Positions 31,291 to 45,604 of a stretch of 64,000 bases of DNA are shown here, piece after piece. Both the position numbers and the translations under genes were made by a program. This DNA comes from Balanoglossus misakiensis (lineage: Eukaryota; Animalia; Hemichordata): positions 310,001 to 374,000 of the forward strand of contig JBECUI020000024.1 of NCBI GenBank assembly GCA_040954595.2. The letters are read 5' to 3'. The notes beneath the pieces were generated by a model. That model ran no database searches, was not told the origin of the DNA, and saw only the letters and a list, made by a program, of their open reading frames with translations. Position 1 is the stretch's first letter, and each line of letters starts with the position of its first letter.

Positions 31291-34200
31291 GCCATATTTG
31301 CAATGCTGTTGTCTTGTTTTGGGTGCCTATGTTAAGGCTTGAAAATGAAAGCTTATTCACCATTTTGGCACAAACAGTGGCGAGAAGGTGTTCCAATGTA
31401 ACTTAGAAGAGTTGCCATATTTGCAATACAGTTATATTGTTTAAGGTATGAATGCAAATCCTGAATATTAGATTTATAACAATTTCATTGGAAAGAACAT
31501 TTGTAGGTTCATCATTGACCCCATAGGACTGTCAACTCAACTACAGACAGTCTCGATGAACACAAGACATGATCCCAATTTGCAAGCTGAGTTGAAACTG
31601 ACTGCTGCAGTAACTTTAGCTCTGGGAATGTCTTGTGTGATTTAAAGCAATTGATGACCAAATTTAACACAGTTTCTCTGAGGTAACCACTTAGCTTTCG
31701 TGACTGGTTGTTTAAGAATCCAAAAAACATGAATTCTACCCAATGAATTCAACCCATAGAATTTCACAACTGTAACAGAGTTTGCAGTCATGCACAAAAG
31801 TGTGTATCATACACAAAAGAAATTTCTCACATGTATTTTTATGATGGCAATGCATTTGACTGTAAACAAACATTGACATCAGTCAGTAGCGCTATTTTGT
31901 CAGTGAAATGGCTTCATCATCATCCCTCCAACCAAAGTTGAAACTGAGTTGCAAATATTGCACAGCTTGAAATCATAAATTGTTGCAAAATTGAACCAAC
32001 AGTTCGGTCAATGATCAAGTTCTTACAGCTATTATTACAACCAGACAATCTCAGTGAACAAGAGACATGGGCCTTATTTGCAAGTCGAGTTAGAACTGCC
32101 TTTGCCTGCCCACGGACGCCCCAGTTTCAGCAAAAATTATTGCATTAAAATGTGAGTATGGAGAACTATGCTCTGTGTTCCTTTTGTTAGCTTACATAGC
32201 TGTTGTCATTCTAGTTTTTCCTCTGTCCTGTGAACAGAGTTTCAGTTGCGAAAACCGACAGTTCTCAAAGTACAAAAGTACACCTAAATTGCCTCGGTGA
32301 TGAGCATGCAGAATTTATCTGATGCTTTTTACTGGCAGAAGGACCCCACCAGTTGCAGATTGTCAATTCCATGGCACAAGGGAATTTACGCTTTGCGTTC
32401 AAATATAAAAAATTAAAACCTGTTTAATTTTTCTATATGTTCTTTAGTGATGATTCAAAAGTATTATAACTGCTAGTGTGATTAATATTCTATTTTCAAA
32501 ATGTGTTTCTCTTAATGATTATGAATACATCAAAATTTATGCTTTAAAATTATATCATTTTACCTGAAATATTGCAAATATTTGGAGGGTTGCATTTAAT
32601 TTGAAGTTCTCGATCAAAGTTTTAGGCATAAAAAAGGTGCTACACCCCCGAAAAATTGGTAGCTATGAATTCAATTCAAAGAGTGTTGTAATGTCTGTTT
32701 TGCAACAGGGTGCCAGTTCAACAAAGCGCATGAGGATAGTAAATCACCTTTGTGAATTTTGTGCACCACAGTAAGAATTCCCTAGAAACTGCAAACTAAA
32801 TTGCAAAGCAATCAGACAAAAATGGCAGAAATTGCCAAAAAAAAAAAAAACTATATTGTCACTTCCATCACTGGGTTTGTTAAATTGTCATAAAATCACA
32901 CCTAAGAACATGCAAACCAAATTTTAAAAAAAATGTGGGTAGAGGTTTCTGAGTATATGACGACCAAAATCACCCCAAAAATATACTTCAAAAATGAAAA
33001 ACAAAATCTGTATAAAGTCTCAATAACATAAATACACACCAATTTCTAAAGCAATCTGACCAGTACCTTCTTGAGTTTTTGAGTTTAGAACAATTTCACA
33101 TTGGTCCCAATGGTATATTGACATATACGAAATTGGACCTAAAGAGTAAAACACATTTCAAAGATTTTACAATTAAAGCCTCACAAGCTGCCAAATTTTA
33201 CACATCTTTTTCCACAATAACATTTTTCAAATCATCCACCTATCCTTTAAAATCAGCAACATTGAGCCATATTACTTGAATTTGCATGGGGTTTGTCATC
33301 TCTCTGCGATGTGTACCCTCCATATGGAGGCTGATTAAAACAGGTGTGGCGCTCGTTTAATATCTGACTTTTTTAAATGGCAACATACAGGCACATTCAT
33401 TAGTCAATAAAATGTTCATGTATACCTATCAGTCAGATTGTTTAGATGAACAAATCTAAGATGGAAAGTAATATCATGAAAATACTGAAAGATTGGAAAC
33501 TCTGAGTTTGAGTCTAAGGATAACCTCTCTACTATTTGAAGCACCAAAGCTATGAAAAACTTCCTTCTTTCCCTCAAATATTTTTTATGAATATGTTCTA
33601 CTCCGTGATTAAAATTTCCCTTTTACCAAATGTACATATGTAAGAGACGAGATTTTTTCAGGAAAATTTCAAATGGCCTAGGGTGACTTTTTACCTACTT
33701 ACCCATATTGGGTAGCATGAAACACAGAATGGCATACCAGTGGGTTAGAGATACAGCGTTTTATATTAACATGAATTAACATGAAACTAAAAATTTGATG
33801 GTTTACTTAGGACTGCCTTGATCCATGGTAACCTCATTAAATATGTACATATCTAATTCTAGGCTATCCAGTTGCGGTAGAAACCTGGACATGGACAACT
33901 TTGGGGTCAAAATCTTATGACAAAATGTTGGGTGATCTTGGGTAAACTTTGACCTACATTCCTATATCTTGGCATCCGGCACAGATACATCCTTGACACT
34001 TGGAGTGATGGAACTGCATAATGGAGTATTATGTCTCAGCTAGTCACAGTGCTTTTGCTGTGTTTTATGTCTTTTATTCAGCCAAATTAGATGTTTTTCA
34101 TTACACATTGGCTGTGTTTGCCAGTACTTTTTAGCTGGTCACACTGCCTTAACACAATGTATTCTCAAAATACTCTGCAATCTTTATGAAGCATATACAG

Positions 34201-36469
34201 CAGACAAAGTTGTGGTAAGACTGAACTTGCCCTTCTTTGTGATTAAAGCATGACCAGCCTGTCTTAGGTGGCCCCTACCTAGGGGCTTTACCCGTCATTG
34301 GCTCACAGTCTGAGAAATCAGCTCTGCAGGGAAGTTAACGATGTAACCCACCATTAAAGCTTGGATTTCTGCTTTTTGTATTTGATGCCTGGCTGAGGCC
34401 TTCTTAGGATCTACCCAACGCTGAGTAGGCTATCCCGTCATTGGCACACAGTCTCAGGGAGGGAGTCAAAAGTTCAGTATACCATCAAAGCCTTTATATT
34501 GTCCATTCTTTTTAAGAGAAGGCTGGCTGCTGTAGAAAAATGTTGATCTCAAATTTATCATGTCCAAAAAGCCAGACTTCCAGCCCTATTGGTTAGGCTG
34601 GCATTAGGTAAGTACATAATTAATGAGGCAAGACATAATACTCAATCAAATAGTTCCATCACTCCAAGTGTCAAGGTTGTATCTGCTCCGGATGCTAAAA
34701 TATAGGAATGTAGGTCAAAGTTTACCCAAGATCACACAAATGTTTGTCAAAAGATTTTGACCCCGAAGTTGTCCATGTCCAGGTTTCTACTTCAGCTGAA
34801 TAGCCTAGAATTAGATATGCACATATTTAACGAGGTTACCATTGCTCAGGGGGGTCTTAAATTAACCATCAAATTTTAGTTTCATATTAATGCATATTAA
34901 TATAAAACACTGTATCTCTAACCCTACAGGTAAGCCTAGAATTAGGTACATGTACATGCGTAAGTTTTTGACAAGACAGTTAAGCTGTAATATATGTACA
35001 TGAACCTTGACAATTGACTTAAAATAACATAAAGGCAGAACTGATACTGATTGGAGATAGATATTACTAATGACAGTGATGTTAATTACACCAGGAATGT
35101 TTGTCTTAGTATACGGTAGCTTACCGACTGCTTGAGGTTAAGTAATGAAAGTGCCCACTTGCGATTCACCTTCAAATAGCTACTTAGTCTTTGGTACATG
35201 TACATTGTTTTTCCAATGATTAGACAAATGATATACATACGTGTAATTAAGGTTGGGTAGCATTTTCAATGTAATAAGCCCTGCCTTCACTATAATCTTA
35301 CACCAAATCAACACTGTTCAGTAATGTGATAGGCTTCAAAGCGACGCTAGTTACATCATAATTCCCAGCAAGGGGTATTAGTTTATTGGGCAAGTGGCAT
35401 GAGTGAGGCCAGACATTAGTTTTGGAAGCAAAGCGGACAGAACACTGCCGGGCATAGACTAGGTAGTTCTGAATGTGACCAAGGACGTTACCACATTAGA
35501 CTCTGTATTGTAAGTTTCTGAAGAATCGCAAAAAATCATCAACAGTCTACATGTACTTCAACCTTGTGAGAAGTACTGTATAACACACAGGATATACTAG
35601 TCACTGTTGGTCAGGTTATTACACACTGTGGTCCCATCTGGGGATTACACAAAATTAGGTATGTCTGTGTTCATGGGAAAAATCATGTGACATTGGCAAG
35701 CAGATATGACCTACTGTAAGAACATTTCAAAGGAACCAGACAAGTATTTTAGGGAAAACAACATTCAACAATGACAAAAACTGCCTCAAACCACATATAT
35801 CCAACTATCAACAAATTGTATAATATCTACTTCAATCACCACGCCTACCAAAGTTGAAAGCAATCTGACTAGTAGTTTCAAAGAATACAAATTGCAAAAA
35901 TTGCCCCAAGACCACAATATGTAAATTTCACCAAAATGATATACAACATTACTTGGGTTACCTCTTGGAACAAGCATACCAAAATTTGAAAGCAATCTAA
36001 GGAGTTTCTCAGAAAATGAATTTTGACCAAACATGACAGATTACAAATTCTGCGACAATTTAAACAAAACTAACTAAGATCACCTACCGGAAGTGTCATA
36101 CTAAATTCTAAAGAAATCAGCCAATCTCTTTAAGAGGAAAAGATTTTTTTTCAAATGGTAAAACAAGACAAAATAATTGCATAAAAAATAGACAATTCAC
36201 GATATAAACTCAAAGTATATCAGGTATGATGACATTACCTACATGCATACAAATGTGTAAAGCAGTCTAACCAGTTGTTGAGTTTTGATCAATTCCACAT
36301 ATTTCACAGGTTATTTGCGTATTTTTGCAATGACAACTTCATTTAAGCAAAATCCCATCTACACACCAAATATCAAGGTGATACGCGAAGTGGTTTCATG
36401 TTTTGGATCAGGGCAGACATACATCCATATATACATGTAACATGCATACACACATGTACACACACACAC

Positions 36470-36488
36470 AAACACATGCATACATGCA

Positions 36489-36522
<34 letters not shown>

Positions 36523-36552
36523 CATACATACATACATACATACATACATACA
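36470..36552. repeat. (TACA)n microsatellite within a degenerate Helentron-like repeat
   Basis: CATACATACATA run. The flank ACACCAAATATCAAGGTGATACGCG is shared with the element at 42342-43625. Confidence 0.85.
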
Positions 36553-39500
36553 GAGGGAAACGGTCTGGTAATCAATGTTGTGACACTAGCATTAGGCCTT
36601 AAACCCGGGTGCGGAAAGCACTGGGGTTCGGATTAACGTGTGTTTGTACAGTTGTTTATTTGGGAGTGGTCGTCATGCATAATAACTGTGTAATTGATCT
36701 CATGTACATAGAAAATAATTGAACACTTTACACCTCTATGCGATTGACAGCTGTTTGAATGGTGTGGTTATTGTTTCCCAGGGATGCTTCTGAAAAGCAC
36801 TGAAACCAGATTTCTCCCAAAATCATCGTTGTTTCAAAAGCTCGTGTACTTTTTCATCGATAACTTTATGTTGTGTGTGTTTATAAAGCCAACCACTGTC
36901 GTTGTGTGGTGTAATTCTTTATGCTTGGATCTGTTTGGGCCGATTTTCATAGAGCCAAGATCATTGGTGTTGTCTGTTGTCAGTCAAACGGCATTAAGAT
37001 TCGCCACTGATTTGGGTGGTCTTTTATACCACGCATCGGGGTTTAATGTTTACGATATCAGGACAATTTATATCATATGAAGTTTTATGTATTCATAATT
37101 ATTCAGAGAAGCAAATTTTTAAAAATGTGAAATTGTTATCAATAGGATGTGCACTGACAGCATGCTTATATGGAATACAGGTACTCTAACACAATCAGTC
37201 ATAACACTTTTGAATCATCAATAAATAACATATAGAATAATTTTACAGGATTTAATTATTTATATTTGAACGCAAAGCGTAAATTCCCTTGTGCCATGGA
37301 ATTCACAATCTGCAACTGGTGGGGTCCTTCTGCCAGTAAGAAGCATCAGATAAATTCTGCATGCTCATCACCGAGGCAATTTAGGTGTACTTTTGTACTT
37401 TGAGAACTGTCAGTTTTCGCAACTGAAACTCTGCTCACAGGACAGAGGAAAAACTAGAATGACAACAGCTATGTAAGCTAAGAAAAGAAACACAGAGCAT
37501 AGTTCTCCATACTCATATTTTAATGCAATAATTTTTGCTGAAATTGGGGCGTCCGTGGGCAGGCAAAGGCAGTTCTAACTCAACTTGCAAATCAGGCCCA
37601 TGTCTCTTGTTCCCTGAGACTGTCTGGTTCTAATAATTGCTGTAAGAACATAATCGTTGACCAAACGGTTGGTTCAATTTTGCAACATTTTATGATTTCA
37701 AGCTGTGCAATATTTGCAACTCTGTTTCAACTTTGGTTGGAGGGATGATGATGAAGCCATTTCACTGACAAAATAGCACTACTAACTGACATCCATATTT
37801 GTTTACAGTCAAATGCATTGCCATCAGAAAAATGCATACGAAAAAATTCTTATGTGAATAATACACACTTTCTTGCACAACTGCAAACTCTGTCACATTT
37901 GTGAAATTTTAAGGAAATTCATTCATTGGGTAGCTTTATGAATTCTTAAACAAACTTAGTCATGAAACCTAAATGGTTACCTTACACATCTGGCGGCTCG
38001 ACTTCTGTGATATGATAGTCTTCAATTAATTTGTATGTGATTCCATATAAATCCATTTGATTACCTGAACGTACAAAATAAATAAAAAATAAAAAATAAT
38101 TAAAAATAAATAAGTATCTCATACATATGCATAAGTGCTTGTGATAAATATATCCTGTATTTAAATAAACCTGTCATTTATTGACCTCGTTTTCCTATTA
38201 ACCCAAAGGACTAGATTGCACTGTAATATTATTACAGCTTCATTTCAATGCAACAGGTACACTACATCATATTGGAGCAAATATGCCAGCTCAACATTGA
38301 TATAAAGAGTGTCAAAATATTGGTGGCTACAAAAGCTTGTGTCCCTTCAATCCATCCTCGCACTCAGGTGAAAACGAACGTCATTAGTTTTTGGGAAAAA
38401 ACCTCTGAAATCAATTTCGGTGAGGCCAAATGTGTTTCAAAGGCAAACCGTTTCTGGTAAACAAATCAATGGCAAATAATTACTTCGGCGACATACCAAT
38501 CAGTCAACATGGCTGCCTAATCGTTGGATAGCCCAGTTTCATCTCGCGACCATTCTATCTTCCGATATGGCGTTGCATGGTTAAATTCGTCTCTTCTTTG
38601 CCGACATAGTCAGGCGACAACGGTCCAGAAGCATAGGCAGCGACGCCATCTTGTTTACAATGTGAAGTATTGACTGCGCATGCTCAATAATTTTCCGCGT
38701 TTTTTTTTTGCCAACGGCGCGCGCGCGGTGTCTGGTATAGAGAAAATAACATGCAAGTGCGCGATTATTTATTTGTAAAAAATCAGTTATACATTTGTCA
38801 TCAACGTTTGAAAACTTTCAATGATCTTACCTCGGTAAGCATTTCAAATAGGTACATTTTTTATTTAGAACCATCGTATGTGGAAAATAATAAAACACAG
38901 AGTGGGGATTGGCCCTATGTTTGACTTGATCATACCCAGCTCGGTTTGCGTTTTGTCATTGACGAGGGTGTCAGACTTTTGCTGAGAGAGTGAGTTTCTA
39001 TAGCGTAAACGTTTATCGACTGGACTTTCTGTGGCCGGGGAACACGTGCAACTTTTGATGACTGTTTTTCTAGCGCCGTGTTTTTATCTTACGACCTAGA
39101 AGACCTGCTTTCGTCACCATGGTCTGCTCTGCACGTACTATGCTTTCTAGTTTATGTAGCTTGAAGTTGTACCACATTTTGGTTTCCGAGCTGTAGCGAA
39201 CATAAAACCGAAACTAATAGCTACGTGTTGACCGCAGCGACTGCGTGTTTTTTTGTTGAGCTCGCTAAATTCCAAGTATTCCCAACCTACAGTTTATTCT
39301 CATGCAGCTCAGACTGAGGTCGCTTCTAAGAGAAAAAACAACAACATATTTTGGCTGTTGCCAGACCAGGAATGGAAAATCTTGAGTGGCGCTGGGCTGC
39401 ATTTCTCTGTAGGACTGTAGTTGTATTGTGCAAGGGTTCGCCAGCATCGCCTTCAGACTTGTTGTCATAGTCACTGGTGGCGGTTTGTCCTGCACTACTC

Positions 39501-42341
39501 GTCGTTCTATTTGATGTGGTGGTATTATTCTCAGATGTCTGTGCCGAGGATCCTGCCCGTTTTCCGATTCTCTTCGTTTTGTCGGCCATTTGCTTCACTT
39601 TTTCCGTCATTGTTGCGACGTCAGTCTCTGTTGTTGTTCGAAGGAGGCGAAAGTCCATTCACCATTAATAGCCGAATTTCCAAGATCGTCCGTTAATTAC
39701 AATGCGACGTCACGCTACCATGTCCTAAGAAAGACTACAGGGCACATTTTTTTATCTCGTGCGCACGACTGACGTGTGCATGTGATATTTTCTCGTGAAC
39801 ACGAGTGCGCTCGCAATTTTCTCGTGCGCACGAGATATGCACGAGATAGCAAGTTTCTCGTGCACACGAGAAATCATCTCGCTGGAACAAGATACTATCT
39901 CTTGCACAAGAAATAGAATAACTGGCAGCCACTATGATGTCTGCCACAGGCAAATTTAAATATTCCACTCTGGATCTTCTTTCAGCCCTTCGGAAAACAT
40001 GAGCATTTATGAAATCCGGCTCTCAATTTTTCGAGAAGTTCCAGCAGTTGTGGTGTCGCCAAAAACGAATGTATGCCATTCCTGGCGGAAAAAAATATGC
40101 AAGAGACGCTTGCAATACACTGCCATCTACCTGACCGCCCTACATGCCTTAATGTAAGGTAGAAGGTCGGGCGGTAGGAAGAGTTCACCAAAAGAGGGCG
40201 CATTTTATCATCCATTGATTTATACTGTTTACGAGCAGAGAAGCCTCAGTGTTCGCGGTTAGAACCGTATCGGTAAGACAAAGACAGAAGAGTTGACAGA
40301 CAACAAACTTATTCAGTTTATATCATATAATTCTTACTGTAAAACGTTCCCTGAATAAAGCCTTGTGCTCATAAGAACATTGAAGATTGTCGCATACAGA
40401 CCGACACCCTTTTATCTATTGTAGGTATTGAATGGAACGCTAAATACCTGTGTATTTCTTATTCATTAAGCAATGATGTAACACAACAAGTTTCGGACAG
40501 TGTGAAGGAAGGGCCAAAGCACTCTTGCAAGTTAGTGTGGTGTACTCTTTTCCAACACTGCTGCAAGCTGTTCAGCACCTGATGCTGCTTGTATCTCCGA
40601 TGACAAATGGACAGTCTGTGTGCTGTCAAAGTAAATCCATCAATTTTGCGGAGCTGAAAGGAAAATGACAGCTTGTCAAACTTAAATCTGCCAGACGAAA
40701 TAGGGAAAGAAATGCATAACAGGTAATCCACCATACTATGAATTTTAGCCAGCATCCTATGAAATGCGGTGAAACGGAACTGCAATTAATTTTAAATGAA
40801 TTCTGCTCAAATTGTTTTCTTAGTTCTCAACATTGGATTGGAACCGTTAAATATAATGTACCGTATAACATTATCATACAGGTTAGTATGTCAAATATTT
40901 TTCCATTTGGCATTTTCTTCTTGAGGTCATTTCAACAGTATACACACCACAGTTTGTGAGATATGGACAGAAACAAACAGGAATCTATGCAATGTTATAA
41001 TAGTATATTATTGTTAACAAGAAAGCGGCAACTCTCTGCCTGGCAGAGAATAATGATAGTCTTTTTGAAAAAAAAAGGGCGTGCTGAGGATATGGTCCGT
41101 CAAAAACATACATGTATAAGGTATGCCTGAACTAATTTTTAACATGGTGTACATAAATATTTATGCATTGTCACAATGACTGGAGGTCTTTAAATGACCA
41201 AGCTGTATGGACACCTCATTCAATGTTACATATATTTGTTATTACATGTTTTATTGAAATTGCCAGTTGTCTGTTTTAATACTGGCAGTTCTGCTGTGTC
41301 TTTTGTCTTGCCCTGACAGAATGCAGTAATATTTGCAGTAAAAGAGGAGTGTCAGTAAATAGTGGAGCAATATCTTTCTACGAATGTACTCATGCATTGC
41401 TCCAAAGTGAAGTACATTTGCAAAACCAGTTTGGGAAATCGGGACTCTTTTCAAGATAATACCACATTTTTGTGGATGTCACATGACATGGAAACACGCT
41501 AGAATCACGATTGAGATAAGGTTTCGGTTTGATATACCACTTCCTTGTTATTTCAATCTGTATGTTTTCTTAACCCCCTCCCTCGAAAAAAGGTAATTGA
41601 GGTAATTGTAAAATTACCTGAAAACAAACAGGCTACTCTAGCCTCCATTTTATGAGGTTTGTGATGTAACATATTTTGAATTTCGTGAATCGATCAAAAG
41701 TTTCCGTGCACCAACTATCAAAACTACACCAAAAAATAATTTGGGCAATTCATAAGGAGAATCTAGTGGGTCAGCGGCTATAGAACTGACGTAAGTGTAA
41801 GTATCAGAGGATTGTGGGTACGAGGCTGGGAAGAGCAAAACTCGAACACTCATGAAATCTACACGTGACGCCAAATTCTTTGTAATATGAACAGTGGAAA
41901 ACTGCCATGCCATCCCTCTAAGTGCAAACTTCCAAAGATTTCAATCTGGTGATATTTAAAAAAAATATTTTATTCAAATTCATGTGGTGATATTTAAAAA
42001 AAAATATTTATTCAAATTCATGTTATAAATTAATTTTGCATCTATGATATAGAAATGACTCTGTCTTATATAACAAAAATACAAATAACTTGGTTAGATG
42101 ACCAAAGATTTCCCATCTCGAAAAGTTTCTACCAAAATGACTATCTCCAAATCTGCTAAGAGAGCCCTAGCAAATTTAATCACTGCACATTACTCTCGAT
42201 AAAACGAAATATTGCGCATTCATTTTGTCCTTGAATTGAAATGCATGGCCAGTGTTCATAGACTTCACACACACAGGATGTTTAAGGAGTTGAATTGTTA
42301 TTGACAGCGACCAGGTCGGTAGATTCTATAGGATGAAGTAA

Positions 42342-43625
42342 AAATAGCGTCAAGGACACTGTGGTCCCATTTGAGGACATAAAACATAGCAACATAGCAA
42401 TAAGCATATCTGCTCTGGATGCCAAGATATGGAAAAGTAGGTCAAAGGTCACCTGAGGTCATGCAAAATTTGGGCATAAAATTTTGACCTTATACTGGTC
42501 CATGTTCAACAAAAACCAAACCTATAGCCTTATTGGTTAGCCTGGAATTAGGTATGCACATAATTAATGAGATATGCAGGTGTCACAGGTGACCCCCAAT
42601 TTTGGCTTTTCAATGTTAGTCCCAACCCTCCAAACGCGAAGTCTGTACCTGCTCTGGATGCCAAGATATGATAAAGTAGGTCAAAGGTCACCTGAGGTCA
42701 TGCAAAATTTGGGCAAGAAATTTTGACCTTATAATGGTCAATGTTCAATAAAAACCAAACCTATAGCCTTATTGGTTAGCCTGGAATTAGCTTTGCACAT
42801 AATTAATGAGATATGCAGGTGTCACAGGTGACCCATATTTTGGCTTTTCAATTTTAGTCCCAACCGTCCAAACGCCAAGTCTGTACCTGCTCTGGATGCC
42901 GAGATATAGGAAAGTAGGTCAAAGGTCACCTGAGGTCACCCAAAATTTGGGCAAGAAATTTTGACCCTATACTGGTCCATGTCCCACAAGAACGAAACCT
43001 CTAGCGTAAGCCCTATTAGTTAGCCCGGAATTAGGTATGCACATAATTAATGTGTTAAGCAGGTGTTACAGGTGAGCCAAAAATTTGCCTTTTATTTTGG
43101 CCCCATTGTGCTCACTGACCAATAGACAGTCACTGTACAGGACTATTGCACAGACCAGAATTCCACAATAAGACGTGGACATAGCTTAACCATAGAGGTA
43201 TAAGTAAAGGTATAAATTTAATAAAAAGACTAAAAAATTTATAAAAAATAAAACATCCATGATATTAACTTAACACTTACAGGTCGATGTGAGGTTGACA
43301 TAAGGTACATGCATACCAATTTTTAAAGCAATCTGACCAGTAGTTGTTGACTTTCAGAGTTTTGATAAATTTCACATATTACTGGCTAATTTGCATATTT
43401 TTGGGCCTGGCAACTTCGTTTGGACAAACTCCCATCTACAGCCCTGCCTGCATCTGCACACCAAATATCAAGGTGATACGCGCAGCGGTTTTCAAGTTTT
43501 TGATGTGGACGGACATACAGACATACATACATACATACATACATACATCCATACATACATCCATACAGACGCAACCCATCCCATAAGGTCCCATGGTATA
43601 TAGGCCTATACCAATGGGACCTAAA
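42342..43625 (-). mobile_element. Non-autonomous Helentron-type element (HINE) with ~240-bp internal tandem repeats and (TACA)n
   Basis: Terminal palindrome AGGTCCCAT...ATGGGACCT (43586-43622); matching subTIR GGTCCCAT at 42363 next to the small hairpin AGCGTC-AAG-GACACT; A-run (TT) flanks. Three internal repeats (AAGTAGGTCAAAGGTCACCTGAGGTCA) are related to the interior of the 607-1762 element. Confidence 0.75.
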
Positions 43626-44081
43626 AATGAAAAGACAGTCAGTACATAGCTAAATTCTCCTATACAAGGGCGTCTTCAATTGGTACAGTGACTGACTGAA
43701 TGGATGAATGAATGAATGAATGAATGATGAACGGATGAGTCGTAATAATATGCTTCAATCATAGGGGCTTTGAAAATTATTTAAAAAAAATAAAAAATAA
43801 TGTACTCACAACCGACATTTATACAACAGACAGCTCAAGAAACTCCTCCATGTGTACAATACTTTGCCAATTTAGTGACAACATCAGCTTGCAGAGCACG
43901 TGAGCACCGCTTTCGCCAGCCTGTGGTGCCCGCATATCTTTTTTGTTCAGCAGTAACATGCACGACACATGCAGAGACACAAACGTCCATGTTGCAAATT
44001 GTAGATGAAAGCATCAGCTGCGCTGGTTTTATGGTCAGCATCACTGGCTGTTACATGAAAACTGTTTGTCACATACCTTAA

Positions 44082-44876
44082 GATGGGTCCCTGGGATCTT
44101 TTTGCGCGTTGCTATGGGCCTTTATAGGACATTACACCCCGATTTGGACTAAGCCGTTTTCAGAGTCTAACAAGGGGCTGGTAACTAGTTGAAAATCTGC
44201 ACGATTGTGAGCGCGCGCCCCCTGACGCCATTGATATGCAAATTAGCTAGGTCAAATTTCAAAAGCCTAAGGCTTTTTATTCCATGACCTCAAAAACGAA
44301 CTTGATGCGTATTCATTAGTTGCTTGAACCAGGGAAGATCGTGACGGATTTTGTTTTCAAATATTATCGTTGTATCCTACGATTTCAGCATACCCGTACC
44401 ACACCTGAAAAAGTCATCGATTTTGGGTGTTTTTGGACGCACTCTTCCACCGGTATCGCTTCTTAGCACGACGAAAACCGAAAAAACGATCCGTCACACT
44501 ATGCGGAAGTGCGTTCTCAACAAGCAGGTCAAATTTGGCTGGCGTACGTGGCCTATGAAAAAAGCCTTAGGGATTTTCGTGAACGGTACAAAATCTCTGT
44601 GTACAAAACATTGGATTTTTAGCGTTCGATCCAGTTACTGTGGTTACAGGACGCGCACGCTATCGCTGACCGCTGCTTTGCCGTATTAGCGTGGCGGCCT
44701 ATGGCCGGGCGGTAGCTGCCGTAACCATACTCGGACAGGGGGTGTGCACACAATCGTGCGTATTTTTAACTAGTTACAAGCCCCTTGTCGGACGTTCATA
44801 ACGGTTTCGATCAAAATTGAGTGTAGTGTCCTATAAAGGCCCATAGCAACGAGCAAAAAGATCCTAGGGACCCATC
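44082..44876. mobile_element. MITE with ~140-bp imperfect TIRs and TTAA target duplication (Kolobok-like)
   Basis: TTAA|GATGGGTCCCTGGGATCTTTTTGC...GCAAAAAGATCCTAGGGACCCATC|TTAA. Purine-purine termini favour Kolobok over piggyBac. Confidence 0.85.
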
Positions 44877-45419
44877 TTAACCAACATATACGTGTATCTG
44901 TATGGAAAGAAAGTAGGCTCACCCCCGGTACAATATTATTTTTTTTGCATGCACGCAATGGCCTGAATTTGCTAAACTGGGATCATCTGCGCGCATTTCA
45001 AAAAGTGCTCGTTGCTTAACTTCGTGTGCTTTATTACTACTCACAATTATTCCACTTGTGAACGAACACGTCACCCAATTTTACAGTGTAGCCATGTGGA
45101 AAACTGGTGACAAGGTAATATTTCATTCGAAGATCAACCTACGTTCAGAAAGTTTGCATTGTGGTGAATTCTCACTGCTCTCGCAATGCGGTCTGTGGCT
45201 CACTGCCGCTGACCGCATTACACGTAGAAATAAATTCTGTACGTCACAGTTCGTAGGTCGCATAGGTCATGGAGTTAATCCATTATACATTGCGGCTTAC
45301 AATTTCTCGTGACCCTCTTATCATGCAGCTTGTGTGTTACTGACCACTGACGCATGTCAAAACACTCAATATTTTTTTTAAATTTGCAAAATCTTTCATT
45401 TTAAAGTCGTGATACTCAC

Positions 45420-45564
45420 TGCAGATAGCATTCTTTTCAGTAGGAACTATTTCTGCTGCCATTTCAATATTGTCTTTATTCCATGTAAATATATTTCCTC
45501 CAATTGAACAGTCCCCCGCCACAGCTGCAACCTCTTCTGCAGTCAGAACTTTTGACCACATGTA
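45420..45564 (-). pseudogene. Orphan exon fragment encoding the C-terminal part of a pentraxin/LamG-like domain
   Basis: YMWSKVLTAEEVAAVAGDCSIGGNIFTW matches the pentraxin W..VL...EI......C...GN...W pattern and ends at a phase-1 GTGAGT donor. The 5' part is missing. Confidence 0.6.
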
Positions 45565-45604
45565 TGTCATTTAGTCAAGACAATTTGGGAGAACTGTAGT
45601 TTAA

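Larger units (their letters stand above)
30020..38688 (+). repeat. Left arm of a giant imperfect inverted repeat (partner 47042-58725)
   Basis: Colinear reverse-complement matches: 30020-30420 vs 58380-58725, 31510-31880 vs 57290-57640, 33700-34930 vs 50520-51800, 35000-36350 vs 49200-50520, and 37980-38688 vs 47042-47970. Confidence 0.9.

Noticed and set aside
36359-36636. ORFs across (TACA)n, also at 43344-43603 and 52343-52702
   Set aside because: Microsatellite-derived low-complexity translations.
39326-39658. 110-aa Ser/Thr-rich ORF as a gene
   Set aside because: No domain is recognised and no downstream exons can be supported, so it is left uncalled.
41948-42023. 38-bp direct duplication
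   Set aside because: A simple local slippage or repair duplication with no further structure.
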